A stretch of DNA of 64,000 nucleotides from Alphaproteobacteria bacterium (GTDB lineage Bacteria; Pseudomonadota; Alphaproteobacteria; SHVP01), in NCBI GenBank assembly GCA_038116985.1, contig JAYOEZ010000005.1:12758-76757 (forward strand). Reading direction: 5' to 3'. Positions 43,754-54,609 of this stretch are shown piece by piece. Both the position numbers and the translations under genes were made by a program. Each line of letters opens with the position of its first letter. Position 1 is the first letter of the stretch. Below the pieces are notes generated by a model. The model worked only from the letters and a program-made list of their open reading frames with translations, was not told where the DNA came from and searched no databases.

Positions 43754-44349
43754 TCGTCCGTCTCGCGGTTCAGGCTGACGGTGCTGGCAGCTTCGGTGGC
43801 GAAGGCAGCAAGACACTGGCCTGTCGATAACGCCGTGTCGGTGCCACGGGCCTCGACATAACGCACTTCGTTGTCGTCCGGCCCCGTCGTCTCGTAGAGG
43901 TAAACGTGCGCGACGCAGGCGGTGTTCTTGTAGAGCCACAACTCGCCCGGCGGCTCGTTGCGCAGGATCATCGGCGCGCCCATCAGGTCGGCGAGTTCGC
44001 TACGCCCCAGGCCGACAAGACGCGCGGGATCGATGGTTTCGATTGCCGGTTCGGCGGCTTCCGCGGTCTCGCTCTCCTGCACCGGCGCAGGTTCGCGCCG
44101 CGTGGTATCGCGCGCCGTCTGCTTGGGCGGTGCGGTTCGTTCCTCCGGTCGCGGCGCCAGGGGCGCGAGGGACGTATTGGCGGCTTCGCGCTCCAGGACA
44201 GGCGAGGGCGCTGCCGACGGCGCCGTGCGCGGCGCGTCAGCGCGATCTTCGTGAAGCACGCCAGCAATGCGTGCGCGTTCGTCCACCGGTGCGCCGCAGG
44301 CGGCCAGCGCCAGCACCCCGCAAACCAACAGCAGGCGGATCGGCTCCAT
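43750..44349 (-). CDS. Hypothetical lipoprotein
   Basis: Lipobox LAAC, Pro/Ala linker, LVG...MG.P...R.E....WLY....C domain. Confidence 0.75.
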   Translation of the reverse strand: MEPIRLLLVCGVLALAACGAPVDERARIAGVLHEDRADAPRTAPSAAPSPVLEREAANTSLAPLAPRPEERTAPPKQTARDTTRREPAPVQESETAEAAEPAIETIDPARLVGLGRSELADLMGAPMILRNEPPGELWLYKNTACVAHVYLYETTGPDDNEVRYVEARGTDTALSTGQCLAAFATEAASTVSLNRETDD

Positions 44350-44363
44350 CGTGGCGGCGCGCC

Positions 44364-45041
44364 TCAAGCGGCGCGCAATCCCTTGAAGATATGGATCATC
44401 GCAACCGGCGCGATGATCGGCGCGAAGAAGTTGACGATCGGAATGGTGAACATGAAGGCGACGAACGCTCCAGCAATCAGGATTCGGCCGCGCTCGCGGC
44501 GGCGCAAGGCTTTTGCCGAATTAATGTCTGTATATCTGTGGGCTACGGCCTCAAAGTATTCCCGTCCCATAAGATAACCATTCAAGAGCCAGTAAACCAA
44601 GAAACCTATGCCGAAGATGAGGGCCAGGAACAGGTAGGGGCCCAGCATGATCAGGTTCAACACCAGCATGACGGCCAAGAAACGCAACCCGACATATATT
44701 TCCTGACCGATCGGAAGGTCCTTCCCCGGCGGATCGTGCGGATAGTGTTCGCGCTCGACGGCTTCGAGAATCTCACCCATGAAGAACGTGGTGATCACCA
44801 TGGTGGCGACCGCCGGTGAGAACAGCCAGAGCGACAGCAGAAAAATCACGGACCCGGCAGCGCCGGAAATCCAGCCGGAGAACCAAAGGTCGTAGGTGAC
44901 CCACACATACTCGACCGCCGCCCCCGCCAGAAAGCCGACCAGCACGATCACAATGACCGTGATAATGAAGCTTTTGACGAACACTTTGCGAAACGACGGT
45001 TCCGGCAACTGGGCGATGGCTCTTGCGAAGGCGCTGATCAT
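44364..45041 (-). CDS. EI24/CysZ-like membrane protein
   Basis: EAVEREHYP, NGYLMGREYFE, IPIVNFFAP. Confidence 0.88.
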   Translation of the reverse strand: MISAFARAIAQLPEPSFRKVFVKSFIITVIVIVLVGFLAGAAVEYVWVTYDLWFSGWISGAAGSVIFLLSLWLFSPAVATMVITTFFMGEILEAVEREHYPHDPPGKDLPIGQEIYVGLRFLAVMLVLNLIMLGPYLFLALIFGIGFLVYWLLNGYLMGREYFEAVAHRYTDINSAKALRRRERGRILIAGAFVAFMFTIPIVNFFAPIIAPVAMIHIFKGLRAA

Positions 45042-45160
45042 GGCTGGTCCTTGCGCGGCGGTGGACTCGAGGCGGCGCTTTGTTGCCCGCAGGCGCGGTC
45101 TATCTATACTGCGGCGACCGTTATCATTCCAGTCACAGTACGTTTCCCAAGGGGGCCGCT

Positions 45161-46156
45161 CTGAGTTCCGACACGCTTGACGCCGTTTGCATCGGCAACG
45201 CCATCGTCGATGTCTTTAGTTCGATCGAACCCGATTTCCTGACCCGTCATGATCTGGTCCCTGGGTCGATGAATCTGATCGACGAAGCCCGTGCGGAAAC
45301 GCTCTACGGGGAGATGGGGCCGGGACGCGAAGTTTCCGGCGGGTCCGCCGGCAACACCGCTGCCGGCATCGCGTCTCTGGGCGGTTCCGTCGGCTTCATC
45401 GGCAAGGTTCGCGAGGACGAACTCGGCAAGGTCTTCACGCACGACATGCGCGCCGCAGGCGTCGAGTTCACGACGAGCCATCTCGTCGGCGGACCGGCAA
45501 CGGCCCGCAGCCTGATCCTGGTAACGCCGGACGCGCAGCGCACGATGAACACCTTTCTCGGCGCCTGCGTCGAGCTGGGTCCGGACGATCTCGACGAGGA
45601 CATGATCGCCCGCGCTCAGGTGACCTACATGGAAGGCTATCTGTGGGATCCGCCGCTGGCGAAAGACGCCTTCCGTCGCGCGATTCAGATCGCCCACGGC
45701 GCCGGTCGCAAGACCGCTCTGACGTTGTCGGATTCGTTTTGCGTCGACCGGTTCCGCAACGAGTTTCTTCAGTTGCTCGACGGCGAGATCGACATTCTTT
45801 TTGCCAACGAGGACGAACTGAAGTCTCTTTACCAGGTCGACGATTTCGACGATGCGTTGCAGCGGGTTCAGGGGCACTGCGAGATCGCCGCGCTGACGCG
45901 AAGCGAAAAGGGCTCTGTGATCGTGCGCGGCAACGAGGTCCATGTCATCGACGCCGCGCCGGTGCAAAGGGTGATAGACACGACAGGCGCCGGCGATCTC
46001 TATGCTTCCGGGTTTCTCTACGGTCTGGCCCGCGGCTACGACCTGAAGACCTGCGGAACGCTCGCCGGCCTCGCGGCGGCGGAGATCATCTCCCACTTCG
46101 GCGCGCGGCCCGAAGTCTCGCTCAAGAAGCTGGCCAATGAGCGGCTCGACGCCTGA
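45161..46156 (+). CDS. PfkB-family adenosine kinase; probable CTG start
   Basis: IGNAIVD, GGSAGNT, RTMNTFLGA, EGYLWD, FANE, DTTGAGD. Confidence 0.92.
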   Translation: MSSDTLDAVCIGNAIVDVFSSIEPDFLTRHDLVPGSMNLIDEARAETLYGEMGPGREVSGGSAGNTAAGIASLGGSVGFIGKVREDELGKVFTHDMRAAGVEFTTSHLVGGPATARSLILVTPDAQRTMNTFLGACVELGPDDLDEDMIARAQVTYMEGYLWDPPLAKDAFRRAIQIAHGAGRKTALTLSDSFCVDRFRNEFLQLLDGEIDILFANEDELKSLYQVDDFDDALQRVQGHCEIAALTRSEKGSVIVRGNEVHVIDAAPVQRVIDTTGAGDLYASGFLYGLARGYDLKTCGTLAGLAAAEIISHFGARPEVSLKKLANERLDA

Positions 46157-46195
46157 TAGCCGCGTCATGCGGGACGCAATGAAGGCATTCGTTCG

Positions 46196-47863
46196 ATGAC
46201 CCGCGCCCGTCTGATCTCGGGCATCATTCTCTACGTCTACGTTGCGACGCATCTGATCAATCACGCCTTGGGAATCGTTTCGCTAGAAGCGATGGAGGCA
46301 GGCCGCGAGGTTTTTCTCGCCATCTGGCGAAACTGGATTGGCTCGATCGTCCTCTACGGCGCCCTGCTGACGCACGTTGTCCTGGTTCTCTGGTCGCTCT
46401 ACGCCCGCCGCACGTTGCTGCGGATGCCGGTGCGCGAAGTATTCCAGGTACTCTTCGGACTTGTGCTGCCCGCCGTTCTGATGGAGCACATCATCGGCAC
46501 CCGCGGCTTGCACATCATGGCGGACGTCAACGATACCTACGCCTACGTGCTGGGAACCCTGTGGATCAGCCAACCTGACAAAGGCGCGCTTCAGGCTTTG
46601 GCGCTGGTGCTCGCATGGGCGCACGGCACGATGGGACTCTATTTTTGGCTCAGGCTGAAGCCGTGGTTCCCGCGGATCGTCGCCTGGCTCTATACCGTCG
46701 TCATTGTGCTGCCGGTATTGGCGCTCGTCGGCCTTGCCGATGCCGGGCGCGAACTGGCGCGGCTGCTTGAAGACGATACTCTTGCCGAACAGATCATCGG
46801 CGCCATCAACCTGCCATCCGACGAGGCAGCAGCCATGGCAGGTTCAGTCCTTGACTGGAGCCTGATCGGCTACGCCGCGTTGATCGGTCTGGTCGTTGTC
46901 GCCCGATTCGCACGATGGCTGGTGCAGCTCCGCGCGACGATGGTGACCATCTCGTATCCAGACGGCCGCTCGATCTCCGTCGAGCCCGGTACAAGCATTC
47001 TCGATGCCAGCCGGCGCCTCGGGTTTCCTCACGCATCGGTGTGCGGCGGGCGCGGCCGCTGTTCGACATGCCGGATACACATTAGCGAGGGCCGCGAGGA
47101 GTTGCCTCCCCTGTCCTCTGCAGAATCCCGTGTCCTGCAGCGGGTCGGTGCCTCCGAGGCGACACGGCTGGCGTGCCAGCTGAGACCGACCAGCAACGTG
47201 GCTGTGACCCCGCTATTGGCGGCCGACGCAACCGCGCGTGAGGGCCATCGCCAATCCTCGATCAGCCAGGGCGCGGAAAAGGACGTGGCCATTCTGTTCG
47301 CCGACATCCGCTCCTTCACGAGCTTCTCCGAAAAGAAGCTGCCCTATGACGTGGTCTTCGTGCTCAATCAGTACTTCCGCACCATGGGGTCGGCCGTCGA
47401 GCAATCCGGCGGCCAGCTCGACAAATTCATCGGCGATGGCGTCATGGCGTTGTTCGGGATCGAGACGAACGCGGCGGAAGGATGCCGGTCGGCGCTGCGT
47501 GCCGCGCGGCAGATGGCGCGGGGCTTGAACCAGTTGAACGAAGACCTCAAGAGCGACTTGCCCGAACCGTTGCGGATCGGGATCGGCATCCATGTCGGCA
47601 GCGTCATCGTCGGCGACATGGGTTACGCGCAGGCGCGCTCCGTAACCGCGATCGGCGATCCGGTGAACACGGCCAGCCGCCTAGAGGCCTTGAACAAGGA
47701 TCTCGGCTCCCAGCTCGTGGTCAGCGCCGACGTCGCGCGTCATGCCGGCTACGGCATGTCCGAGTTTCGGAGCCAGGAGGTGTCCATTCGCGGCCGCGAA
47801 GAGATGATGCAGGTCTTCGCCATCGACGACGCCGCCGAGTTGAAGGAAATGGTGCCGGCCTAG
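46196..47863 (+). CDS. Adenylate/guanylate cyclase with His-containing membrane domain and 2Fe-2S ferredoxin (CyaC-like)
   Basis: HLINH/H in TM helices, CGGRGRCSTC...RLACQ, FADIRSFT, DKFIGDGVM, NTASRLE. Confidence 0.92.
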   Translation: MTRARLISGIILYVYVATHLINHALGIVSLEAMEAGREVFLAIWRNWIGSIVLYGALLTHVVLVLWSLYARRTLLRMPVREVFQVLFGLVLPAVLMEHIIGTRGLHIMADVNDTYAYVLGTLWISQPDKGALQALALVLAWAHGTMGLYFWLRLKPWFPRIVAWLYTVVIVLPVLALVGLADAGRELARLLEDDTLAEQIIGAINLPSDEAAAMAGSVLDWSLIGYAALIGLVVVARFARWLVQLRATMVTISYPDGRSISVEPGTSILDASRRLGFPHASVCGGRGRCSTCRIHISEGREELPPLSSAESRVLQRVGASEATRLACQLRPTSNVAVTPLLAADATAREGHRQSSISQGAEKDVAILFADIRSFTSFSEKKLPYDVVFVLNQYFRTMGSAVEQSGGQLDKFIGDGVMALFGIETNAAEGCRSALRAARQMARGLNQLNEDLKSDLPEPLRIGIGIHVGSVIVGDMGYAQARSVTAIGDPVNTASRLEALNKDLGSQLVVSADVARHAGYGMSEFRSQEVSIRGREEMMQVFAIDDAAELKEMVPA

Positions 47864-48537
47864 GCCTTGTCGCCGTATTTCTCGCGCAACGACGCCATGA
47901 AGTTTTCCCGCGTCTTTTCCATTTCATCGAACGCCGCCGCGAAGACCGTGGCAGACCGCGCGTAGTCCCAATACGGCGTCAGGCGCGGATGGCCGCGCCG
48001 CAGGTCGTCATCACTGAAATGCCGCAAGATGCTCGGCAGGTACCATAGCGCCGGTACCAGCGCGCAGTCGGCCAGAACTATTGATTCGCCGAGGCACCAT
48101 GGTCCCGGCGCGATGGCGCGGTCGACATGGCCCAGCCCCGCGCGTACGCGCTCGAGCTGTGTCTCGATGAAATCGGTGTCTCGGTGCGCGAGCCTGATTT
48201 GCGGCGTCAGCGCATGAACCGGCGCAAGAACATAGAGATCGACCAGCCGGGAGAGCAGGCGCGACCGCGCGCGCGTCGATGCATCCACGGGCAACAGCGG
48301 CGGATCGGGATACCTGTCTTCAAGGTATTCGCAGATCACCTCCGATTCATAGAGGAGGACATCGCCGTCCTCGATGAACGGAATCTTGCCGAGCGGGGCG
48401 CGCGCGCGGTTGGGGTCCGAAGCGACGTCCGCCGGCCCGATGATCACGTCGAGATCGATTCCTTTAGCGAGCGCGGCGAACCAGACGCGACAAAAGTAGG
48501 GCGATAGAGGCGTGCCGTAGAGGCGAACACCAGTCAT
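47860..48537 (-). CDS. Glutathione S-transferase family protein
   Basis: SPYF, PLGKIP, ESEVICEYLED, LAD. Confidence 0.9.
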   Translation of the reverse strand: MTGVRLYGTPLSPYFCRVWFAALAKGIDLDVIIGPADVASDPNRARAPLGKIPFIEDGDVLLYESEVICEYLEDRYPDPPLLPVDASTRARSRLLSRLVDLYVLAPVHALTPQIRLAHRDTDFIETQLERVRAGLGHVDRAIAPGPWCLGESIVLADCALVPALWYLPSILRHFSDDDLRRGHPRLTPYWDYARSATVFAAAFDEMEKTRENFMASLREKYGDKA

Positions 48538-48543
48538 GAAAGA

Positions 48544-48912
48544 TCAGCTCTGCTTGTTGAGCAGGCCCGTCCCGAGTGTTTCACCAGCCAGGATATGAAC
48601 ATGGAAATGCGGCACGAGCTGGTGCGAATCTGGCCCATGGTTGGCGATCAGCCGATAGCCGGTTTCACCAACACCAAGATCGCGGGCGATCTTTCCAACC
48701 GCGCGAAAGAAGGCGTTCATTTCGGCGTCGCTCGCCTGGGCGCTGAAGTCGTCCATCGAGACATAGGCGCCCTTGGGTATGACGAGCACATGCACCTTGG
48801 TCTGCGGCGCGATGTCGTTGAACGCAAGAACATGTTCGTCCTCGTAGACCTTGTCACACGGCAGTTCGCCGCGAAGGATCTTGGCGAACACGTTGTCGTT
48901 GTCGTAGCTCAT
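48544..48912 (-). CDS. Histidine triad (HIT/HinT) nucleotide-binding protein
   Basis: YD.DNVFAKILRGE, HVLVIPK, VPHFHVH. Confidence 0.95.
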   Translation of the reverse strand: MSYDNDNVFAKILRGELPCDKVYEDEHVLAFNDIAPQTKVHVLVIPKGAYVSMDDFSAQASDAEMNAFFRAVGKIARDLGVGETGYRLIANHGPDSHQLVPHFHVHILAGETLGTGLLNKQS

Positions 48913-48923
48913 CGCGCCCTCAA

Positions 48924-49268
48924 CTAGTCGATCGTCTTTTGCTTTCGCGCCGCCTTTTCGGCGATACCCGACGTGCCCTCGCGACGCGCTAGCTCAGCGA
49001 AGACCTGTCCCGGCGTAATGTCCATTCTCGCCCACAAGACCATCAGCGAGAACAGGAGATCGGCGCTCTCGTAAATGACCTGACCGCGGTCCTTGTCGGC
49101 CGCAGCAACGACGGTCTCGACGGCTTCCTCGCCAACCTTCTCCGCGATCTTGTTGCGGCCCTTGGCAAACATGCGCGCAACGTATGATTCCTTGGGGTCT
49201 GCGTCGCGGCGCTGTTCGATCACGGCGAACACGCGCTCCAGAACCTCGCTGCTGTCGGTAGCTGTCAT
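48924..49268 (-). CDS. hisE: Phosphoribosyl-ATP pyrophosphatase
   Basis: SYVA, KVGEEAVE, ESADLL, RREG.SG. Confidence 0.95.
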   Translation of the reverse strand: MTATDSSEVLERVFAVIEQRRDADPKESYVARMFAKGRNKIAEKVGEEAVETVVAAADKDRGQVIYESADLLFSLMVLWARMDITPGQVFAELARREGTSGIAEKAARKQKTID

Positions 49269-49324
49269 GGAGTCGTACTTCCTCGTTGAACCCAGCGAAG
49301 GCGTAACAGATTCTGATGGCTGCG

Positions 49325-50236
49325 TCATGACCGGGCGCGCAACACGCCGCTTGCCAGCGCAACGCCGCAACACACCGCGATCACGCCGGCCCAGGCCAGC
49401 AGCGGCGGCAGTTCGCCCAACGCCGGCACCGCGACGATGGTGGCGATCACCGGCGTGAGCGCGCTGAACGCCGCCGCGTTGGACGCGCCGAGGCGGCTGA
49501 CCGCCATGCCATAGGCCGCCATGGCAAAGAGGCCAGAGCCGAGGCCCTGGGCCACCACCTGCACAGCGATGTCGCGCCATGGCACGTCGAAGCGCACGTC
49601 GCCGTCGATCAACCCAACCGGAACAAGGACAATGACCGATCCGATGCCGACGATTGCAGCCGCCTGCCAGGCATCGAGTCCGGAGCCGCGCAGGGCGATC
49701 GTATACGCCGCCCACATCGCCGCCGCGCACAGGAAGAGCAGGTGGCCGCGCCATTCGCCGGGATCACCCGTGAACAGGCTGTCGCCGCCGACGGCGAGGC
49801 CACCGACGATGATCAGCGCAAAGCCCAGCAGTCGCCACCGGCCCAGCTTCCCTCCCAGCAGGGTGACAGCGAGGATCGCAGCGAACAGCGGCATCGTGCC
49901 CGGCAGCAACGCGCCAACGTCGGAGACCGGGGCGAAACGCGTCCCCGTGCTGGCGATCAGGAAATAGGGCGCGCCGGCGCCGGCGACGATCACCACCACG
50001 CGCCATGGATTGAGCCGCCGCCACTGCAGACGGAACAGCAGGGGAAAGAGGATCAAGGCCGGCGGCAGTGTGCGGATGATGGCGATCTCGACCGGTGTGA
50101 AACCGCCGGTCACACCGGCACGCGTCGCCACGATCCAGCCGCCCCAGATCGTCGCTGCGGTCAGTCCCGCGAGCGTCCCGAACACGACCGGCGCGACGCC
50201 GGCATGCGCCGACGCGCCGCTGCGAAAGTCAGTCAC
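49325..50236 (-). CDS. DMT/EamA family transporter inside his cluster
   Basis: Multiple TM segments, WGGW, PGTMPLF, LGE. Confidence 0.87.
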   Translation of the reverse strand: MTDFRSGASAHAGVAPVVFGTLAGLTAATIWGGWIVATRAGVTGGFTPVEIAIIRTLPPALILFPLLFRLQWRRLNPWRVVVIVAGAGAPYFLIASTGTRFAPVSDVGALLPGTMPLFAAILAVTLLGGKLGRWRLLGFALIIVGGLAVGGDSLFTGDPGEWRGHLLFLCAAAMWAAYTIALRGSGLDAWQAAAIVGIGSVIVLVPVGLIDGDVRFDVPWRDIAVQVVAQGLGSGLFAMAAYGMAVSRLGASNAAAFSALTPVIATIVAVPALGELPPLLAWAGVIAVCCGVALASGVLRARS

Positions 50237-51005
50237 GGACCGGTACGCCGGCCCGTTTCATGTACGCCTTGGTTTCGCCGATCGAATGTTCACCGAAATG
50301 GAAGATCGATGCAGCCAGCACCGCGGTCGCATGGCCGTCGCGCACGCCTTCGACCATATGTTCGAGCGTGCCGACCCCGCCTGAAGCGATCACCGGAATC
50401 GTCACCGCGTCGGCCACCGCGCGGGTCAGCTCTATGTCGAAGCCCTGTTTAGTGCCATCGCGGTCCATCGAGGTCAGCAGAATTTCGCCCGCACCGTAAT
50501 CGGCCATTCGCCTAGCCCATTCGACAGCGTCGATCCCCGTCGGATTGCGCCCGCCATGGGTGAAGACCTCGAACTGCCAGTTGCGTCCAGCTGCATTTCC
50601 CGGATTCCGTTTGGCATCGATCGCGACAACGATGCACTGGCTGCCGAACTTCTCGGCTGCCTGGCGCACGAAGTCCGGATCCTTCACCGCCGCGGTGTTG
50701 ATCGACACCTTGTCGGCGCCGGCCAGCAACAGCTTGCGGATATCCTCCAGGGTGCGGACTCCGCCGCCCACTGTCAGCGGCATGAAGCACTGCTCGGCCG
50801 TGCGCGCGACGACGTCGAAGATCGTGTCGCGGTTCTCGTGGCTGGCCGTAATGTCGAGAAAGCACAGTTCGTCCGCGCCCTGTTCGTCGTAGATGCGCGC
50901 CTGTTCGACCGGATCGCCGGCATCGCGCAGGTCCACGAAGTTAACGCCCTTGACGACGCGGCCGTCCTTCACGTCGAGACAGGGAATGATGCGTGCCTTG
51001 AGCAT
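50229..51005 (-). CDS. hisF: Imidazole glycerol phosphate synthase cyclase subunit
   Basis: [34 protein letters not shown]. Confidence 0.98.
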   Translation of the reverse strand: MLKARIIPCLDVKDGRVVKGVNFVDLRDAGDPVEQARIYDEQGADELCFLDITASHENRDTIFDVVARTAEQCFMPLTVGGGVRTLEDIRKLLLAGADKVSINTAAVKDPDFVRQAAEKFGSQCIVVAIDAKRNPGNAAGRNWQFEVFTHGGRNPTGIDAVEWARRMADYGAGEILLTSMDRDGTKQGFDIELTRAVADAVTIPVIASGGVGTLEHMVEGVRDGHATAVLAASIFHFGEHSIGETKAYMKRAGVPVRD

Positions 51006-51007
51006 GC

Positions 51008-51730
51008 TCAGGCCGCCACCGCCAGCGCCTCGCGCGGCTCCAGCGTGCCCTCATAGAGCGCACGGCCGATGATGACGCCGGAAACACCCCGGGCCTCGCA
51101 GGCCTTGAGCGCGGCGATGTCTTCGAGCGTCGAAACGCCGCCCGAGGCAATCACCGGAACCGAGACGGCATCTGCGACCTCGAGGGTCGCCTCTACGTTG
51201 ACGCCGGTCAGTACGCCGTCGCGGTCGATATCGGTGTGGATGATCGCGGCGACGCCAGCGTCGGCGAAGCTCTTGGCGAGATCCACTGCCGTCATCTCCG
51301 ACACTTCGGCCCAGCCCTCGACGGCGACCTTGCCGCCTTTGGCGTCGATGCCGACGGCGATCCGGCCTGGAAACTTGCGCGCCGCAGTGCGCACCAGGTC
51401 AGGGTCGCGCACGGCAACCGTACCGAGCACGACACGCGACACGCCACGGTCCAACCATTGTTGAACGGTCTGCAGATCGCGGATGCCGCCGCCGAGCTGC
51501 ACCGGTAGATCGGTGGCATCGAGGATACGTGACACGGCGTCGCCGTTGACCGGCTTGCCAGCGAAGGCGCCGTTGAGGTCGACGACATGAATCCACTCGA
51601 ACCCGAAATTGGCGAACGCCTTCGCTTGACCGCCGGGATCGTCGTTGTAGACGGTTGCGTCTTCCATCTTGCCGAGCTTGAGCCGGACGCAAGCGCCGTC
51701 CTTGAGGTCGATCGCGGGGTACAGAATCAC
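51008..51730 (-). CDS. hisA: ProFAR isomerase
   Basis: [32 protein letters not shown]. Confidence 0.97.
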   Translation of the reverse strand: MILYPAIDLKDGACVRLKLGKMEDATVYNDDPGGQAKAFANFGFEWIHVVDLNGAFAGKPVNGDAVSRILDATDLPVQLGGGIRDLQTVQQWLDRGVSRVVLGTVAVRDPDLVRTAARKFPGRIAVGIDAKGGKVAVEGWAEVSEMTAVDLAKSFADAGVAAIIHTDIDRDGVLTGVNVEATLEVADAVSVPVIASGGVSTLEDIAALKACEARGVSGVIIGRALYEGTLEPREALAVAA

Positions 51731-52251
51731 GGGGCCAGGTCCTTGGTGTAGTAGAAACCGCGAATGAACCGACCGTCGACGAGCGCATAGTTCGGCTTCA
51801 CGCCCCAGCGCTCGAAACCGGCGTTTTCGTAGAGCGTGATCGCGTTGGTTTGCGTTTCGCGCACGTCGAGACTGATCTGGCGGAAGCCGAGCTCCCGGGC
51901 GTGGCGCTCGAACTCGGCCAGCATGCCCCTCGCCAGGCCGTGTCCGCGTGCCCATGGCGCAACGAAGAAGCTGTTGAGCGTAACGTTGTGGGCGCCGGCT
52001 TCGTTGTTCGGCGCCGGTTTCACCATCTGCGCAGTACCCGACAGGGTGCCGTTGTAGCGCCCGACGAGAAGCTCGCGTTCCGGCACCAGCAATACGCCGC
52101 GCCAGAATGCCTCGAGGCGCTCGCGCGGCGGCGGGTTAATCCAGTCGAACCCGATCCCGACTTCGATCGCCTGTTCGGTAGCCTCACAGATCTCTTCGAG
52201 ATCGCTCTCGTCGAATTCCAGCAGCCACTCCACCTGCGTCGTGTGCATCAT
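51727..52251 (-). CDS. GNAT family N-acetyltransferase
   Basis: [26 protein letters not shown]. Confidence 0.9.
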   Translation of the reverse strand: MMHTTQVEWLLEFDESDLEEICEATEQAIEVGIGFDWINPPPRERLEAFWRGVLLVPERELLVGRYNGTLSGTAQMVKPAPNNEAGAHNVTLNSFFVAPWARGHGLARGMLAEFERHARELGFRQISLDVRETQTNAITLYENAGFERWGVKPNYALVDGRFIRGFYYTKDLAP

Positions 52252-52895
52252 GGTCTCCATGCCAGGAAGTTCGCGATCAGACGCAGACCGGTCTCCTGAC
52301 TCTTTTCGGGGTGAAACTGCGTGCCCACTAGATTGTCCCGACCAATCACGGCAGTTATCGCCCCACCATAGTCCGTCTCGGCAAGAACGTGGGCCCCCTC
52401 CTGCGCGCAAAATGCGAAGGAATGGACGAAGTAGGCGTGCGCGCCGGTCTCGATCCCGGCCAGGACCGGATGGGCGTGTCGCACGGTCAGCTGGTTCCAG
52501 CCCATGTGCGGCACGGGCCGGCCCGGCGCCGGCGTCAGCGCCGCGACCTCGCCGGGTATCCAGTCGAACCCGTCGTGGGCGCCATGTTCGAGCCCGCGTG
52601 TTGCCATCAACTGCATGCCGACACAGATCCCCAGGAACGGTCGGCCCCGGCCGATGACCGCATCCTCGAGTGCCTCACGCATTCCGGCCAGTGCTTCCAC
52701 GCCTGCTCGACAGTCGGCAAACGCTCCGACACCCGGCAACACGACCCGGTCGGCAGTCGCGACGACTTCCGGCGACGCCGTCACCACGATCTCGTCGGCC
52801 GTGCCGCCCTCGCGGGCCGCGCGCTCGAACGCTTTCGCCGCCGACCGCAGATTGCCCGACCCGTAGTCGACGATCGCCGTGGTCACGTCGCCCAT
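52248..52895 (-). CDS. hisH: Imidazole glycerol phosphate synthase glutaminase subunit
   Basis: DYGSGNL, PGVGAF, GICVGMQ, QFHPEKS. Confidence 0.97.
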   Translation of the reverse strand: MGDVTTAIVDYGSGNLRSAAKAFERAAREGGTADEIVVTASPEVVATADRVVLPGVGAFADCRAGVEALAGMREALEDAVIGRGRPFLGICVGMQLMATRGLEHGAHDGFDWIPGEVAALTPAPGRPVPHMGWNQLTVRHAHPVLAGIETGAHAYFVHSFAFCAQEGAHVLAETDYGGAITAVIGRDNLVGTQFHPEKSQETGLRLIANFLAWRP

Positions 52896-53293
52896 CTTTC
52901 GCGTGGCAGCAATGCGCCCGTCGGCGTCACCTCGATCTCACGGAAGAACGCGCGCTCGGCATCGGCGAGGTTGCGTCCCGAGACCATGCCGACCTCGCGC
53001 CAGCCGCGCCGCGACAGCCGCCAACGCCGGAGATTGTTCCCTTCGAAGGCGACCGCCAGCGTAAGCACGACCTCCAGGACGCTTCCCGCCAGCGGCGTGA
53101 TAGCGCCGGACTCGACCAGCGCGGAGAACGCAAGCATCGAGACGAGAATCGCGAGCGCCACCAGCCACAGGCCGCGAAACAACGGCCAGATGAACGGCAG
53201 GAACAGCGCCGGCCAGCAGAACCCGTCCTTGATAAACAATAGGTCCGCTTCGCCCGCCGCCTCGGGGCCCTGGTATACGGTGTAGAGCCGCAT
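52883..53293 (-). CDS. DUF2628 membrane protein
   Basis: YTV, KDGF.W.A, EGN.LRRW.L..RG, AE..FF. Confidence 0.85.
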   Translation of the reverse strand: MRLYTVYQGPEAAGEADLLFIKDGFCWPALFLPFIWPLFRGLWLVALAILVSMLAFSALVESGAITPLAGSVLEVVLTLAVAFEGNNLRRWRLSRRGWREVGMVSGRNLADAERAFFREIEVTPTGALLPRERWAT

Positions 53294-53304
53294 GCCGCCC
53301 CGAA

Positions 53305-53904
53305 TCAGAGGGATCCGCCGAGCACGCCTTTGGTCGAGGGCACCGACTGTGCCTGGCGTGGGTCGACGGCGATCGCCTCGCGCAGCGCGCGGGCGAGGCC
53401 TTTGTAGCAAGACTCGGCGATATGATGGCTGTTGCGGCCGTAAAGATTCTCGACATGCAGCGTGATGCCGGCGCCTTGGGCAAAGGCCTGGAACCATTCG
53501 CGGAACAGCTCGGTATCCATCTCGCCCAGTTTCGACGTCGGGAAGCTGACGTTCCAGACGAGGTACGGCCGGTTCGAACAATCCAGCGTCACCCGCGTCA
53601 GGGTCTCGTCGAAGGGGATGAAGGCCGCGCCGTAGCGAACGATCCCAGCCCTGTCGCCAAGGGCCTTGGAGACCGCCTCGCCGATCACGATTCCGCAGTC
53701 CTCTGTCACATGATGGAAATCGATGTGGGTGTCGCCCTGCGCCTTGAGATCTAGGTCGATCAGTGCGTGCCGCGACAGTTGCTCCATCATGTGATCGAGG
53801 AAGCCGACGCCGGTCGTGACGTCGTACACGCCACTGCCGTCCAGATTGACGGTGGCGGAAATGCCGGTTTCCTTGGTCTTTCTCTCTACGGTGGCCTGGC
53901 GCAT
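53305..53904 (-). CDS. hisB: Imidazoleglycerol-phosphate dehydratase
   Basis: [31 protein letters not shown]. Confidence 0.97.
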   Translation of the reverse strand: MRQATVERKTKETGISATVNLDGSGVYDVTTGVGFLDHMMEQLSRHALIDLDLKAQGDTHIDFHHVTEDCGIVIGEAVSKALGDRAGIVRYGAAFIPFDETLTRVTLDCSNRPYLVWNVSFPTSKLGEMDTELFREWFQAFAQGAGITLHVENLYGRNSHHIAESCYKGLARALREAIAVDPRQAQSVPSTKGVLGGSL

Positions 53905-53985
53905 GGGCCGCTCCTCGGTTGGAGGCCTGAGTTCAGCGCGGCGCCCGTATAGCAGGATTGACGGGCGCCCGCCACCTGCGCCGCC

Positions 53986-54013
53986 CTTGACCGGCGGGCG
54001 CAAATCCTTACAT
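53986..54013 (+). promoter_or_regulatory. RpoH (sigma32) promoter of hslVU
   Basis: CTTG-N17-CTTACAT, same architecture as the dnaK promoter. Confidence 0.7.
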
Positions 54014-54057
54014 GTCGGCCCTTCGGCCCACCCCGCCTGCGGCAAAGGAAATCAGCC

Positions 54058-54606
54058 ATGGCACCTGAAGCGACCCCGTCCTGGCACGGCACGACGATCC
54101 TGTCGGTGCGCAAGGGCGGCAAGGCGGTGATCGCCGGCGACGGCCAGGTATCGGTCGGCCAGACGGTGATGAAGGCCAGCGCCCGCAAGGTGCGCCGTCT
54201 CGCCGACGGCGGCGTGATCGTCGGTTTCGCCGGCGCAACGGCCGACGCCTTCACGCTTTTCGAGCGGCTCGAGGGCAAACTGGAAAAACACGGCGGTCAG
54301 TTGGAACGCGCCTGCGTCGAGCTCGCCAAGGATTGGCGCACCGACCGGTATTTGCGCCGTCTGGAAGCCATGATGGCGGTGGCCAACGAAAACGTCAGCC
54401 TAGTCCTGACCGGATCCGGCGACGTGCTGGAGCCCGACGACGGGCTGATCGGTATCGGATCGGGCGGCAACTACGCGCTGGCGGCGGCGCGAGCCCTGGT
54501 CGACCGCGATGACATGGACGCCGAGGCGATCGCGCGCAAGGCGATGAAGATCGCCGCCGAGATCTGCGTCTACACGAACGAAAACGTCATCATCGAGAGC
54601 GTGTGA
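54058..54606 (+). CDS. hslV: ATP-dependent protease subunit HslV
   Basis: [27 protein letters not shown]. Confidence 0.98.
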   Translation: MAPEATPSWHGTTILSVRKGGKAVIAGDGQVSVGQTVMKASARKVRRLADGGVIVGFAGATADAFTLFERLEGKLEKHGGQLERACVELAKDWRTDRYLRRLEAMMAVANENVSLVLTGSGDVLEPDDGLIGIGSGGNYALAAARALVDRDDMDAEAIARKAMKIAAEICVYTNENVIIESV

Positions 54607-54609
54607 CGC

